DNA of 64,000 nt from Octopus sinensis. Lineage: Eukaryota. The stretch covers positions 15,285 to 79,284 of the forward strand of contig NW_021833423.1 of the NCBI RefSeq assembly GCF_006345805.1. The letters are read 5' to 3'. A program made the position numbers and the translations under genes. Below the pieces are notes generated by a model that saw nothing but the letters and a program-made list of their open reading frames with translations, was not told where the DNA came from and searched no databases. Of this stretch, positions 40,760 to 53,269 are shown one piece after another; position 1 is the first letter of the stretch, and every line of letters begins with the position of its first letter.

Positions 40760-41659
40760 GCCAGCAGTTACCCCAAGAAGGGGGGAAAAATGAAGGGAAC
40801 TAATTTCGCCCTTTCGAATAAACACACTACAACTTTTCTTCCCGTGAGGTCCAGCAAAAATCCGTTGGCGTAATGAGTTAACTTACACTTTTATTTGATC
40901 ACTTTCAAAGTCAACAATCACATTTTAAACTATTGCAAAGTCCTTTCTTCTCAATCCGTTGATGTTTTTGTGCTGACCAAATGATCAATTGATTGATTGT
41001 AAATTATGTTTACTTTACACATGAATAAACAGAATAAACATATATAAAAATTGTTTTGAGCGATTTCATGCCTGCACCGCATATGAACAATATATATTTA
41101 TATCCGTTAATGTTCATAATGTATATATATATATAAAAGAAAACTTGTTCTGTTTCTATTGATTGCGGCCTTGAGTAACTCGTTTGAAAGGCTGGAGTTG
41201 CGTTTAGAATGAATTAATCTGAACTCATAAAGCATTGATTGTCGCACTGCTTTCCTTTACCAAGGAAGGCACGGCGTTTTCCCCTAGCTGGTGGCTACGG
41301 TGAAAGACGAACTTTTTTAATTGGTCTCCTCTCGTGTCTTTCTATTTCTTTTACTTTTTTTTTTTTCACTTTTCAAATATTTCTATCTTATTATCGATCT
41401 TTCTATTGTTGGTGCTGTTTAGACCGAGGTAATTCCTTATTGAACAGACCTATGACGAAAGGCAGTCAACCGATGGTCCTCTTGTCGTTTTAGACACAGT
41501 CGCTCTCGAAATAGATCATTCAATATGTTCTTCCTTTTCTAAAGACAGTCGAATAATCACAAAGTGACATACTCGTGGGATAGTCTGATGTCTTTATCTA
41601 GAAGTCTTTATATTTGCATCAGTTTACCAAGATGGCTTTATTACACATATTTAGTAATA

Positions 41660-41833
41660 CTTTCGTTGTTGTCGATGCTACTGACGTAACTGGCGTTGTA
41701 ATTATTTCAATATATGGAGCTGTTAAGGCGGCGAGCTGGCAGAAACGTTAGCACGCCGGGCGAAGTGCTTAGCGGTATTTCGTTTGCCGTAACGTTCTGA
41801 GTTCAAATTCCGCCTGGGTCGACTTGCTTTCAT
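41660..41833 (+). repeat. Local duplicate of 37784-37959 (unique flank plus SINE B head)
   Basis: About 65 bp of non-SINE flank (CTTTCGTTGTTGTCGATGCTACTGACG...GGAGCTGTTAA) is identical at both sites. Confidence 0.85.
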
Positions 41834-42001
41834 TCTATATATTTTATCTTTGAAAATAACGACTCGTCCGAAACGTCGTTATCTCTTCTGTTTCTTTGCG
41901 GAAAATACATAAACTTTGTTAGTAATTTTATTTGTTTACTTTTTTTAAATTTACCTCCTGGACTAACTGACCAACGGAGACCAAAGCATGTCGAATGTAT
42001 A

Positions 42002-42042
<41 letters not shown>

Positions 42043-42146
42043 GTGTGTATGTGCGTGTGTGTGTGTGCGTGTGTGTGTGTGTTAAATAAAATGAGACAAC
42101 AAAGCCAAAGCAGTGTGAAAATTCTAGGACTTTTATAAAGAGAAAG

Positions 42147-42200
42147 ATAGTCTTACAGCTGTTTCAGGGATATGAGGGATATCCCTTCATCAGAGACGAT
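42147..42200 (-). ncRNA. Minimal type I hammerhead ribozyme (PLE-type), canonical core
   Basis: atcgtct CTGATGA agggatat-ccctc-atatccct GAAA cagctg TA agactat: all core nucleotides present, an 8-bp stem II, a palindromic stem III and a GUA triplet. Confidence 0.85.
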
Positions 42201-42535
42201 ATGAGAGAGTTAAATAGAAGGAAATAGTTGAGTTCAATATAAGAAGTCATTTTGGAAAGGGAGGGATAAAGGAAGTATAAAGGAAAATATGAGAATAAAA
42301 ATAAAAATGTATGTTGGATGTTACAGTTGCAGTTCCGTTATCCAAGGAATGTGCTGTGTAGAATAAGTCTACATACCATGGACAAGAAGTCTCTTTACTC
42401 ACATACACGCTCATACACGACTCGCGTTAGCCTCCTCATGCTATTATCGAACCGGGAATCTAACAGCGGTCCTTCAGTAGCACTCTCATAGCCTTACTTG
42501 CTTTTGGGTCTTCTGGATACCAAAACCTCTCATAC

Positions 42536-42566
<31 letters not shown>

Positions 42567-42599
42567 TGTATGTATGTATGTATGTATGTATGTATGTAT

Positions 42600-42870
42600 G
42601 CGTGTATTCGGCATCGTGCGTACAGCTGACCACGTCCGCCAGTGCTCTCAATCGCTGGCAGTCCCGTGCCAACCCCTCTGCATCCTCCAAGATGACATCC
42701 AGCCTCTGGAGATCTTCTTTAATCACGTCCAGCCATCCGGTGCGGTATCTGCCAAGGGCCTCTTCCAGCCCTCAGTTGCTGCATCGAACGAAAGCAAGGC
42801 CCTCTTAGGATGATCTGGCATAAAGAGGAGGGTGAGTTCGTACCAGCGCATGCTCTAAAGCCTCGACCAA
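42600..42870 (-). mobile_element. RTE-type LINE 3' fragment
   Basis: IKEDLQRLDVILEDAEGLARDCQRLRAL. Homologous to 48860-49290 (shared CCCCTCTGCATCCTCCAA and TAGGATGATCTGGC) and followed on the minus strand by (ATAC)n. Confidence 0.6.
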
Positions 42871-43169
42871 TTTGCGTCCTGTAATATATATATATATTTA
42901 GGTATGAACGTATACATATAAACATGTGTATGTGTGTGCTGAGGCCAGTGACCGAGCAATTGTACTCACAATCGCATGGTCATGGTTTCGATTTCCGGAC
43001 CGGGCGCTACTTTGAGTTTATGAGCAGGAGACTTCTCTTTCCGATGTTTCAGTCTACTCAGTTGTGAATGAGTAACCCTGCTCAAACCGGCACCTTGTTC
43101 AGGGAGGATGATTTGATCTCGGTCAATTATACGCTACGGAAACCGGGTGACCAGTCCTGAGTCCTAACT

Positions 43170-43735
43170 CGAAATTTTGATGGAGGGTGGGCGCAGTCGA
43201 TTAGAACTATCCCAATACACAACTGGTACTTAATTTATCTACCCCCGAAAGGAGGAAAGGCAAAGTCGTCCTCGGCGGAATTTGAACTCAGAACCTTGTG
43301 CTAACGTTTCTGCCAGCTCGCACCCTTATGTCCTTTTCAATATTACTACAGTATAATTAAAGCTGACGAGCTGGCAGAATCGTCTGTTTTTACATTCTGA
43401 GTTCAAATTCTGCCGAGACTGACTATGCCTTTCATCCAATCGGGTTCGATAAAATAAGTACCAATCGAGTGAACCCCTCTCCCAAAATTGCTGGCCCTCT
43501 GCCAAAATTTGTAACCAATATTACAACGTCGTCATTAAAGGCAACGAGCTGGCAGAACTGTTAGCACGTCGGGCTTAATAGCATTCCGTCCGTCTTTACG
43601 TTCTGAGCTTAAATTCCGCCGAGGTCGATGTTGCCTTTCATCCTTTCGGGGGTCGATAAAATAAGTACCAGTCGAGTACTGAATACTGAAGCCAATTTTA
43701 TCGGTTTACTCCATCCTTTGAAACTACTGGCCTTG
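43170..43735. mobile_element. Cluster of SINE family B copies (minus 43170-43325; plus 43360-43520 and 43538-43735)
   Basis: Repeated GAGCTGGCAGAA heads and GCCTTTCATCC blocks in both orientations. Confidence 0.75.
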
Positions 43736-44201
43736 AATATTACTCTGATATTATGATACCTACATAACTGTGTTTATAATGTCACAGCACACAGCTTACA
43801 GCAACACTCACTACACTGCTTGCTGTATTATTAAGTATTCAACGACGTTCACTGCTGCTGTTTGCCAGGTGCACGTCTGCACATCTGCATGCAGCTAACT
43901 GTATATAGCACTGTGGTAGCAGTGGAGAAGACTCATGACAATGTTTGTCTGTATAAGCAATTGTATATATGTACGTGAGAATATACGCATAATTATGCAT
44001 GAACGAGTGTATTTGTCTCATAAATACAGAGTTAAATAAATAGATAGATAGACAGATAGATAGATAGATAGATAGACAGATAGACCTTTATGTATGTAAA
44101 TATATGCTAAGATATATATATATATACTTACATATTTACAAACAGACAGACACACATACACACACTCACACTCCTATATATATATGCATACATACAAATA
44201 T

Positions 44202-44245
<44 letters not shown>

Positions 44246-44286
44246 TGGTGGGAGTGAGGGAGAGAGGGAGGGAGGGAGAGAGTTGC

Positions 44287-44625
44287 AGGAGTAGCTGAGT
44301 GGTAAGAAGCTTGCTTCCCTTTCACATGTTTCCGGGTTCAGTTCCACTGCGTGGCATCCGCGAGCCGACCACAGCCTTGTGGTGAATGAATTTGGTACGC
44401 AGAAACTGTATGTATGTATTGGTGTGCTTGTGTTTGTCCCCTCACCAGTGCATGACAACCGATGTTGGTGTGCTTACGTCGCCGTAAACTAGCGGTTAGG
44501 CCCTAAGAGACCGATACAATAAGTACTAGGCTTATTAGAGATAAGACCTGGGGTCGATCTATTCGACTTAAAAGGCGGTGCTCCAGCACGGCGGCTGTCA
44601 AATGACTGAAACAAGTAAAAGAGTG
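44287..44625 (+). mobile_element. SINE family A with internal deletion
   Basis: Head AGGAGTAGCTGAGTGGTAAG...GGGTTCAGTTCCAC and tail GACTGAAACAAGTAAAAGAGT. Confidence 0.8.
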
Positions 44626-44626
44626 T

Positions 44627-44660
<34 letters not shown>

Positions 44661-44683
44661 ATATATGTGTATATATAATATAT

Positions 44684-44727
<44 letters not shown>

Positions 44728-45045
44728 TGAGTGAAAGAGCGTCGAGCTTACGATCGTGAGGTTGTGAGCTCGAATCCCGGACCGGGCTGCGTGATGTGTT
44801 CTTGAGCAAGACGCTTTATTTCACGTTGTTCCAGTTATTTCAGCTGTAGAAATGAGTTCCGACGTCACAGGTGCCAAGCTGTATCGGTCCTTGCCTTTTC
44901 CTTGGATAACACTGGTGACGTGGAGAGGGGAGGCCGGTATGCATGGGCGTCTGCTGCCCTTCCATAAAACAACCTTGCCCAGACTTGTGCCTCAGACCGT
45001 AACTCTCTAGGTGCAAGCCCATGGTCAGTGTCTGACCGAAGGGGG

Positions 45046-45047
<2 letters not shown>
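44728..45047 (+). mobile_element. SINE family D
   Basis: B-box-like GCTCGAATCCC, a CORE-like block TTCTTGAGCAAGACGCTTTATTTCACG, and homology to 8505-8850. Confidence 0.75.
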
Positions 45048-45110
<63 letters not shown>

Positions 45111-45309
45111 GTCTATAAAAATATACTCAAACTTTTTTAATATGACTTTGAAACATATTTAAGTTTAAATGTATCTATCATCATAAGCAAATATTTGTGT
45201 CCGAATGATTATATGTATGTGAGAATCTTACTGCATGTATACGCAGTTTGATTATATATGTGATTATTTGTTTCTTTATATATACATGTAAATGTATGTT
45301 TTATCTTTA

Positions 45310-45630
45310 TATATTTCGTGGAAGAGTCTGCGTGCCTGTGGATCCTACAGGCCGTTCCCAGATGGGTAAAATTGTCATAGTTTATGTAACACCCAAGGTG
45401 TTAAGTGATGATGGCTGAAGGGCAAAAAAAAAATAGGCTGGGGATGAGAATTCCAAAGGGTCGATAATCTTAGGTAGAATGAACTGGGCTTAGTGATTAA
45501 TAAGCATGCCTTAGGGGGAGGTTATAGAATGGGTAACGAGAGGATGTGCGACGGGTGCACTGGAAACGCCTGAAGGGTAGTGGTACGTGGCAAGTTCCAG
45601 GGAAAACTTATGTGCCGAAGGAATAAATTA
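45310..45630 (-). pseudogene. Degraded LINE 3' end (CR1/Jockey group)
   Basis: Minus-strand LSTLWNSHP resembles the terminal xxLWNxLP motif. Confidence 0.35.
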
Positions 45631-45826
45631 CGTTGACGCCAACACATCAACTCCAGTTATCAAGTGGTGGTCGTGGGGACAAACACAGTCGCACACACTC
45701 ACACAGACACACACATTCATAAATATATTTATACAGGTATACACACACATACACATATGTGTGTATGTGTGTGTATACATACATATATATATATATGTAT
45801 GTATGTATACAATCACGCATACAAAC

Positions 45827-45868
<42 letters not shown>

Positions 45869-46071
45869 ATGTATATATATATATAATCACGCGTACAAAC
45901 TTATATATAGAGAGAGACACATATATATATATATACTCGTGCGCACTCACTCACACACACACATATGCACACACACAATAATGTACGGGATTAAGAATTT
46001 CGTTCCGAAACCACATGGTTTCGGATTCATTTCTTTATTCATACTACTTGTCTGTTTCTGGGTGTAATATA

Positions 46072-46105
<34 letters not shown>

Positions 46106-46330
46106 CCTCTTTTTGTCACTTGTCAGTTAACCACCGGTGTTGGTTTGTTTGTGACCCTGTAATATAGCAGTTCAGCATTTGTAAAAATAATAAAATATGT
46201 CCTGGAAACTATTTGAACCCCTAAATCCTTCCAGACAGTACTCAGCATAGCTGTGGTCCAATAGCTGGGACATCTAAAGAATAAAAGAAAAAGTATAGAC
46301 AGACAGACAGACAGATAGATAGATAGATAG

Positions 46331-46387
<57 letters not shown>

Positions 46388-47384
46388 TGTTTCTTTATTA
46401 GCCACACAGGGCTGAACACAGATTGGACAAATTACAGAGTAGAGCTTAATAGATAGATAGGTAGGTAGGTAGGTAGGTAGAGATATAAGGATGTTACATT
46501 TCAATATGTATCACAGATATACTGTATCGTAACCATGTGCATCAAAACACTGTTACGGTGTATAATGTGGCTGTGCACATTACTTACGACGATGTTCACT
46601 ACACAGACTGGTGCAGGTTGTCAGGTGCATATCTGCATGCAGCCAACTGTGTATGGGTATTTCAAGTGCAGTCGGTAAATGTTCGTGTCAAAGCATGTCC
46701 CTGTGAACGAACTCGCGTGTGAATACGAACACGTACTTATAGTGGTTATGTATGTGTAAATTTCTTAGCGTGTACATGTGTGTGTATAGCTATGTGAGCG
46801 CGTAAGTACAGGCATGTGTTAGTGTTTCGATGTGTTTATGTGGAAGTGAGTATGAGTGATGTGTGAATGTGTATCGTGTGTTAACATGAGATGTACGCGT
46901 TTGTGATTTTGTCTCGCTGTTGACGATTCAGCTGTATAGAATTAATTCTCGTGGTTTTTGGTTTAACACTACATACCCGAGTTCAAATCATGCCGAAGGC
47001 GACATTGCCGTTCATTCTTTTTTTTTTTTTTTTTCTTTCTTACTTGTTTCGGTCATTGGACAGCTACCATGCAGGAGCACCGCCTTGATTGAAGGGTTTG
47101 GTCGAACAACCGACCACAGTACTAATTCATTTAAATCTGGTACTTATTCTATCGATCTCTTTGGCCGAAATACAAAATTACGGAAAAGTATTCAAACAAA
47201 TGGAATAATACGGAATCTCAGCTCTAACATTTTTGTTAAGATTTTTTTGTTAAGATTTTTTTAAAGATTTATGTTAAGATTTTTTTGTTAAGATTTTTTT
47301 GTCTCTAAAAGAATCGTACATTCAAAATAACACACACATGCATAGGCACATACACTCACCCAGGCACGTACACATACCGTTATA

Positions 47385-47765
47385 TTCTTTTATCCTTTTA
47401 CTTATTTCAGTCATTTGACTGCAGCCATGCTGGAGCACCGCCTTTTGTCGAGCAAGTCGACCCCAGGATGATTCTTTGTAAGCCTGGTACTTATTCTCTC
47501 AGTCTCTTTTGCCGAACCGCTAAATTACGGAGACGTAAACAGACCAGCTTCGGTTGTCAAGCGTTTTTGGGGCGGGGGGGGGGCAAATACACAAACACAT
47601 ACACACACATACGACAGGCTTTTTTTAGTTACCAAATCCACTGACAAGGCTTTGGTCGGCGCGAGGCTATAGTAGAAGACACTTGCCCAAGGTCCCACGC
47701 AGTGGGACTGAACCCAGAACCATGTGGTTGGTAAGCAAGCTACTAACCACACAACCACTCCTGTG
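47385..47765 (-). mobile_element. SINE family A (full length)
   Basis: High identity to 25020-25430. Confidence 0.85.
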
Positions 47766-48635
47766 CCTATATGTATATTATATTTTGTGGAATTCTCTTA
47801 TACGATTCCTGTTTTCTCAACTAATATTTTTTCTACCTGGTTTCTTGTTTTGTTTTGTAATGTGCTACGATAGTTCTTTCATATCATGAGAAACTGTCGT
47901 ATCTGTTTGTCCCATATAAGTGTTAGTGTCATGAAATGTATAGTGTTTGTATCTACAGTAATTATTAATTAACAAATGAATAACAGAAGAACAGAAGTTA
48001 TGTAACTAATTACTAAATGAAATACAGATTAGTATAATTGATGCAAATTTATTAATACTGCACTGTGCAGGATTCCGCTAAACTATGTCAGCAGCGGGAT
48101 TTTGAAGTTCCTGCTCATAAATTAGTGCCGATTATAAGAGGACCCGGTACATGACTCCGGAAAGTCGGTGTTGTCCCTGTATAAACGTCATTTGGACAAC
48201 GAGGGGAATATGCCACCGGTATAGTCAAAAGAACTTCATCAAATTCAAAATTCACCCAATGTTGGAACCACATTCCATACGCCCCCTACACAATTCACAC
48301 ATAAGTTCACTGCAGCACAATCAATTTCTTTTCCTCAACAGGTCCTGTTCTGTTTAACATTATCCCAAACCAAATCAAAGAAAAAGATCTCATCACCTTG
48401 ACACGAAACCTGGTAAAATTTCTTTAAGGGATACCAGATAAGCCACCTATATCTGGATACATTTCAGTCAACAACAACCCCCTACCTGAATGTGCCATGA
48501 TACCAAAAACTTGACTTAAAAATGGATTAACAGATCCTATCAGGCGATGCTATTAACTTAGATACGGCCTGGGCCAGTTTGGGGCTGAAACATATCTAAG
48601 TTTATTTAAGTTTATATTGTGTTGAGTCAAAAGTT

Positions 48636-48840
48636 TTGCAGAAGTTCCGGTTCACGGCTCACTTCCTGCACTCGCGAAGCTTCATCAACCATGATGAGTT
48701 GGAAGTCTCAGTGAAAGAGTTTTTCGGCTCGGAGGAGAAGGACTGGTATCAGCGTGGGATCCAAGAACTGATAGAAAGGCAGCTTCAGACGGTGCAACAC
48801 GATGGCCTTTACTTTGAATGCTAAGTTACTTTTATTTCAA
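48636..48840 (+). mobile_element. mariner transposase C-terminal fragment
   Basis: VKEFFGSEEKDWYQRGIQELIERQLQTVQHDGLYFE matches the FFxSxxxxFYxxGIxxLxxRWxxxxxxxGxYF motif. Confidence 0.7.
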
Positions 48841-48859
48841 CTTGACTGCTTGCTGTTGC

Positions 48860-49290
48860 TGCTTCATGCTCTTGATCCATGGAGCTGGGGCCATCCCAGG
48901 TTAGTGATCCCAGAGGCGGCATTGTACGTTGTGCCAACCAGCTTCACCAGTGCTACCCATCGCTGACAGTCCGTTGTCAGCCCCTCTGCATCCTCCAAAG
49001 ATGTTCAGCTATCTGGTGTGGGCCTCCTACAGGGCGTCTTCCAGCCTGCAGGATGCTGCGTCAAACAAGACTAAGTCCCTGGTAGGATGATCTGGCGGGA
49101 GGCAGAGGACATTTCCGTAGCAGCGCATACGGCGGAGAGCCATGTGGCCGGAAGCTGTGGGCTCATGCGTGTGTCCACGCAGCTCTTTGTTGGAAACGTG
49201 ATGGTACTATCTGATGTCCTCGATGGCTGACAGGACTCTGCTATCGAAGTCGTTGATTCTCTTTGCCTGGGTCTTCGTGAGGAGCTACAT
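48860..49290 (-). mobile_element. RTE-type LINE 3' fragment
   Basis: HMALRRMRCYGNVLCLPPDHP...SLEDAEGLTTDCQRWVALV; same family as 42600-42870. Confidence 0.6.
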
Positions 49291-49405
49291 TTCTACTTCA
49301 TAGAGGAGAACGAAGAAGGCCGACGCGTTGTAGGCCCGGTGCTTCGTCTTCCAGGAGATAAAACAGTAGCAGATGAGTTATCAAAACATTGCAAATCTTT
49401 TGACT

Positions 49406-49501
<96 letters not shown>

Positions 49502-49729
49502 GTATACACACATATACATACATACATACATATATACATACATACATACATACATACATACAATACACACAATGTGATAGAAGAATAATAGAACAGAAAA
49601 AACGAATATACAGTGTATTGAGGTTATTTTTCAGTCTTTATTTGCAATTTCTGCAATCGCAAATATATATTTAAGCTAACGTTTATTAGCATTAATCCGC
49701 CTATATCCAAACTATTTAGAATATTCCTC

Positions 49730-50130
49730 TATTCTTTTATTCTTTCAGTTGCTTCAGTCATTTGACTGTGGCCATGCTGGAGTACCACCTTAAAGGGTAT
49801 TTTTAGCCGAACAAATCGACCCCAAGACTTATTCTTTGTAAGCCTAGTACTTATTCTATCGAAGTCTTTTGCCGGATCGCTAAGTTACGGGGATGCAAAC
49901 ACACCAGCATCGGTCGCCAAGCGATGGTCAAACACAAACATAAAGGCACGCACATAAATACATTCATATGTATAGCGTGAAACGGGCTTCTTTCAGTTTC
50001 CGTCTCCCAAATTCACTCACCGGGCTTTGGTCGGCCCGCGGCTATAGTAGAAGGTACCAGGCAGTGGGTGTGAACACGGAACCATGCGGTTTGGAAGCAA
50101 ACTTCTTACCACACAACCACACCTGCACCT
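49730..50130 (-). mobile_element. SINE family A
   Basis: Homologous to 198-600. Confidence 0.8.
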
Positions 50131-50817
50131 ATATATATATAAATAATATTTACGTATAAGCTACCAAGCTATGTCATGGTGCACGTTTGAAATGCTATGT
50201 CACGCTGCACATTTAAAAATACATTTATTTGCATGTTATGTGTGCAGCATGCGAGCGTGTGTGCATTCAGGTACATTATGCTGCATGTGCAGCTATAGAA
50301 AACTTTACTGCACCGATATTGCATTCTGACTTATTTCAACTAGTGCACCGACGTGCAGATGACGTCACAGATGTGAGAGCAGAGTGACTGCACCTAGAAT
50401 GCATGGCATTCTCTTGTGGGCGTGTGTTGGAATTTCTAAGTGTGTTTCCTGTCTTTGCACCAGAAATGTGCAGCCACCAACACCGCCGCCTTTTCTTTTA
50501 TCTTGCTCACGTCAGTCTGTCTGTGTGTTTGCTTCGTGCATGACACTGAGTGCATTGCAGCGAGTGCAGCAACTACTTTTTGTCGGATTTTATATAATAT
50601 GCACTCTGACAAAAATAATATGTTTATACACGCATACGTACAAAAGCGTGTGCACGCATGTTTATAGGTGCATGTGTGAGTGTGTGTATGTTTGCGTGTG
50701 TGTGTGTTTGTATAAAGAGTTGCATTGATTATATATATACGCATACACACATACATACACACACGAATATATATATATATATTCATATTTATATTTGTAT
50801 AGGCATATCTATTAATC

Positions 50818-50869
<52 letters not shown>

Positions 50870-50887
50870 CAGATAGAACAGATAGAC

Positions 50888-50927
<40 letters not shown>

Positions 50928-51380
50928 GAATATATATATATATTTATATATATATATTAGATATATATATTATATATTATATATATATATATATATACTA
51001 TGTACATATATCTATACATACATATATACTGATGTAAGAAGAGCGATATACGAAGAATTATACGTTTATGCGCATACGTATTTGTATGTTTATGTTTGCG
51101 TGTGTGCGTGTGTGTATGTTTTTGTACAGATGTACATTGATTATATATATGCATATATATCTATTTATATATATATACTATATATATACATGTTTGTGTG
51201 TGTGTTTCTTTGTGTGTGCGTGCGTGTGCATGTGTGTACGCGTTTGTGTATACACGTAAATGCAACTGCATATCTATGTATATACACACACTTACATGCA
51301 CACACACACACATTTAAACATTGAAAGTGAAGATAATAAAAGGAAAGAGAAAAGAGAAAGAATATGAGATGAGTGCGTAA

Positions 51381-51414
<34 letters not shown>

Positions 51415-51575
51415 TACTAATGGGGGAGACGGAGAGAGAGAGAGAGGCAAGTGAATGAAAGACAAACATACAAGACTCAATCAGGTATTGAGTTTTTAAG
51501 AAAAGAAGATACAAGTATAAAGAGGAAGATGAAAATATGAATGAGAGACTGGTAGAAGTGAAAGTAAACGAAATA

Positions 51576-51615
<40 letters not shown>

Positions 51616-51899
51616 TCTCACTCTCACTTCCACCCTTCGTGTGTTTGTGTGTGTGTGTGTGTGTATATGTAAGAGATGTTGCTGTAAAAGGATAAATGGG
51701 ATACGCAAAAAGGGGAAAAGAGAATTGTGAAGAAAGGGACAAAGAAGTGAAGACATGAGGCCGATGGGAATGTTTCGGATAAATTTGAGATGATAGACAA
51801 ACGAAACATATAAATTGATCGATACAAAGATTGAAAGAGAATGAAAGAGAGACAGAGAGAGACAGGCAGGCAGGCAGGCAGGCAGACAGACAGATATAC

Positions 51900-51996
<97 letters not shown>

Positions 51997-51997
<1 letters not shown>

Positions 51998-52460
51998 GGT
52001 GAATTGCTTAGCGGGTTTTCGTTTGTCTTTACGTTGTGAGTTCAAATACCGCTGAGGTCGGCTTTGCCTTTCATCCTTTCGGGGTCGATAAATTAAGTAC
52101 CAGATAGATAGATAGACACGTACATCATGATAACATACATAGGTGGCGAGCTGGCAGAAACGTTAGCACGCCGGGTGAATTGCTTAGCGGATTTTCGTTT
52201 GTCTTTACGTTCTGAGTTCAAATACCGGTGAGGTCGGCTTTGCCTTTCATCCTTTCGGGGTCGATAAATTAAGTACCAGTTACGCACTGGGGTTGATGTA
52301 ATCGACTTAATCCGTTTGTCTGCCCTTGTTTATCCCCTCTGTGTGTAGCCCCTTGTGGGTAGTAAAGAAATAGGTATTTCGTCTGTCTGTACGTTCTGTG
52401 TTCAAATTCCTCCGAGGTCGACTTTGCCTTTTATCCTCTCGGGGTCGATATAATTAAGTA
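51997..52460 (+). mobile_element. SINE family B with an upstream partial duplicate inside (GATA)n
   Basis: 51997-52103 duplicates about 52173-52279, including shared diagnostic variants (GTGAATTGC, AAATACCG, GTCGGC). Confidence 0.8.
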
Positions 52461-52508
52461 TAAATTGGTATATATATGTATATATACATATATATATATA
52501 TTTATAGA

Positions 52509-52562
<54 letters not shown>

Positions 52563-52658
52563 CATATGCATATATTGTGTATATATTTATATATGCATAT
52601 ATATATTTATATATACATATATGTATATATTTATGTATGCATATAGATATATATAAAT

Positions 52659-53050
52659 AATGAAAGAATGGAGTTGAACGACGATTTAACAAAATTCCTT
52701 TATTCTCGCCATATGTTTCGAAGACTGCATATTCCTAATTTCGAAGGAATAAGGGGTGCATTATGCCGCATTCTCATCAGGAAAGACAAGGAACTTATGT
52801 CAGCATCGTGATGAACAAAAACTTTTAGATGACTGCCCACATGGAGTCCATAGCGATAAATGATGACTGTGGGTAGTCATCTAAAAGTTTTTGTTCATCA
52901 TGATGCTGACATAAGTTCCTTGTCTTTCCTGATGAGAAGGCGACATAATGCACCCCTTATTCCTTCGAAATTAGGAATATGCAGTCTTCGGAACATATGT
53001 CGAGAATAAAGGAATTTTGTTAAATCGTCGTTCAACTCCATTCTTTCATT
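52659..53050. repeat. Inverted repeat (183-bp arms, 26-bp spacer) with a long-stem-II hammerhead in each arm; PLE pLTR-like
   Basis: 52659-52841 is the near-perfect reverse complement of 52868-53050. The plus arm has CTGATGA at 52929-52935 and G(G)AA catatg TC at 52990-53001. Confidence 0.85.
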
Positions 53051-53269
53051 TATTTGTATTAAAAAAAACCAAATTTCCACAGGAAAGCACGTGATCTCTG
53101 CCCTTGGCATGTAGCTTCAACCGTGTTTTTTCTGACGTGAATTAGCTACCCGGGTATCGGTTAACCGAATTATCCATACTAGGATAATTCATTCAACTAC
53201 TTATACATATATATATATTATATATATATATATAATATATATATTATATATATATATACATATCTATCA

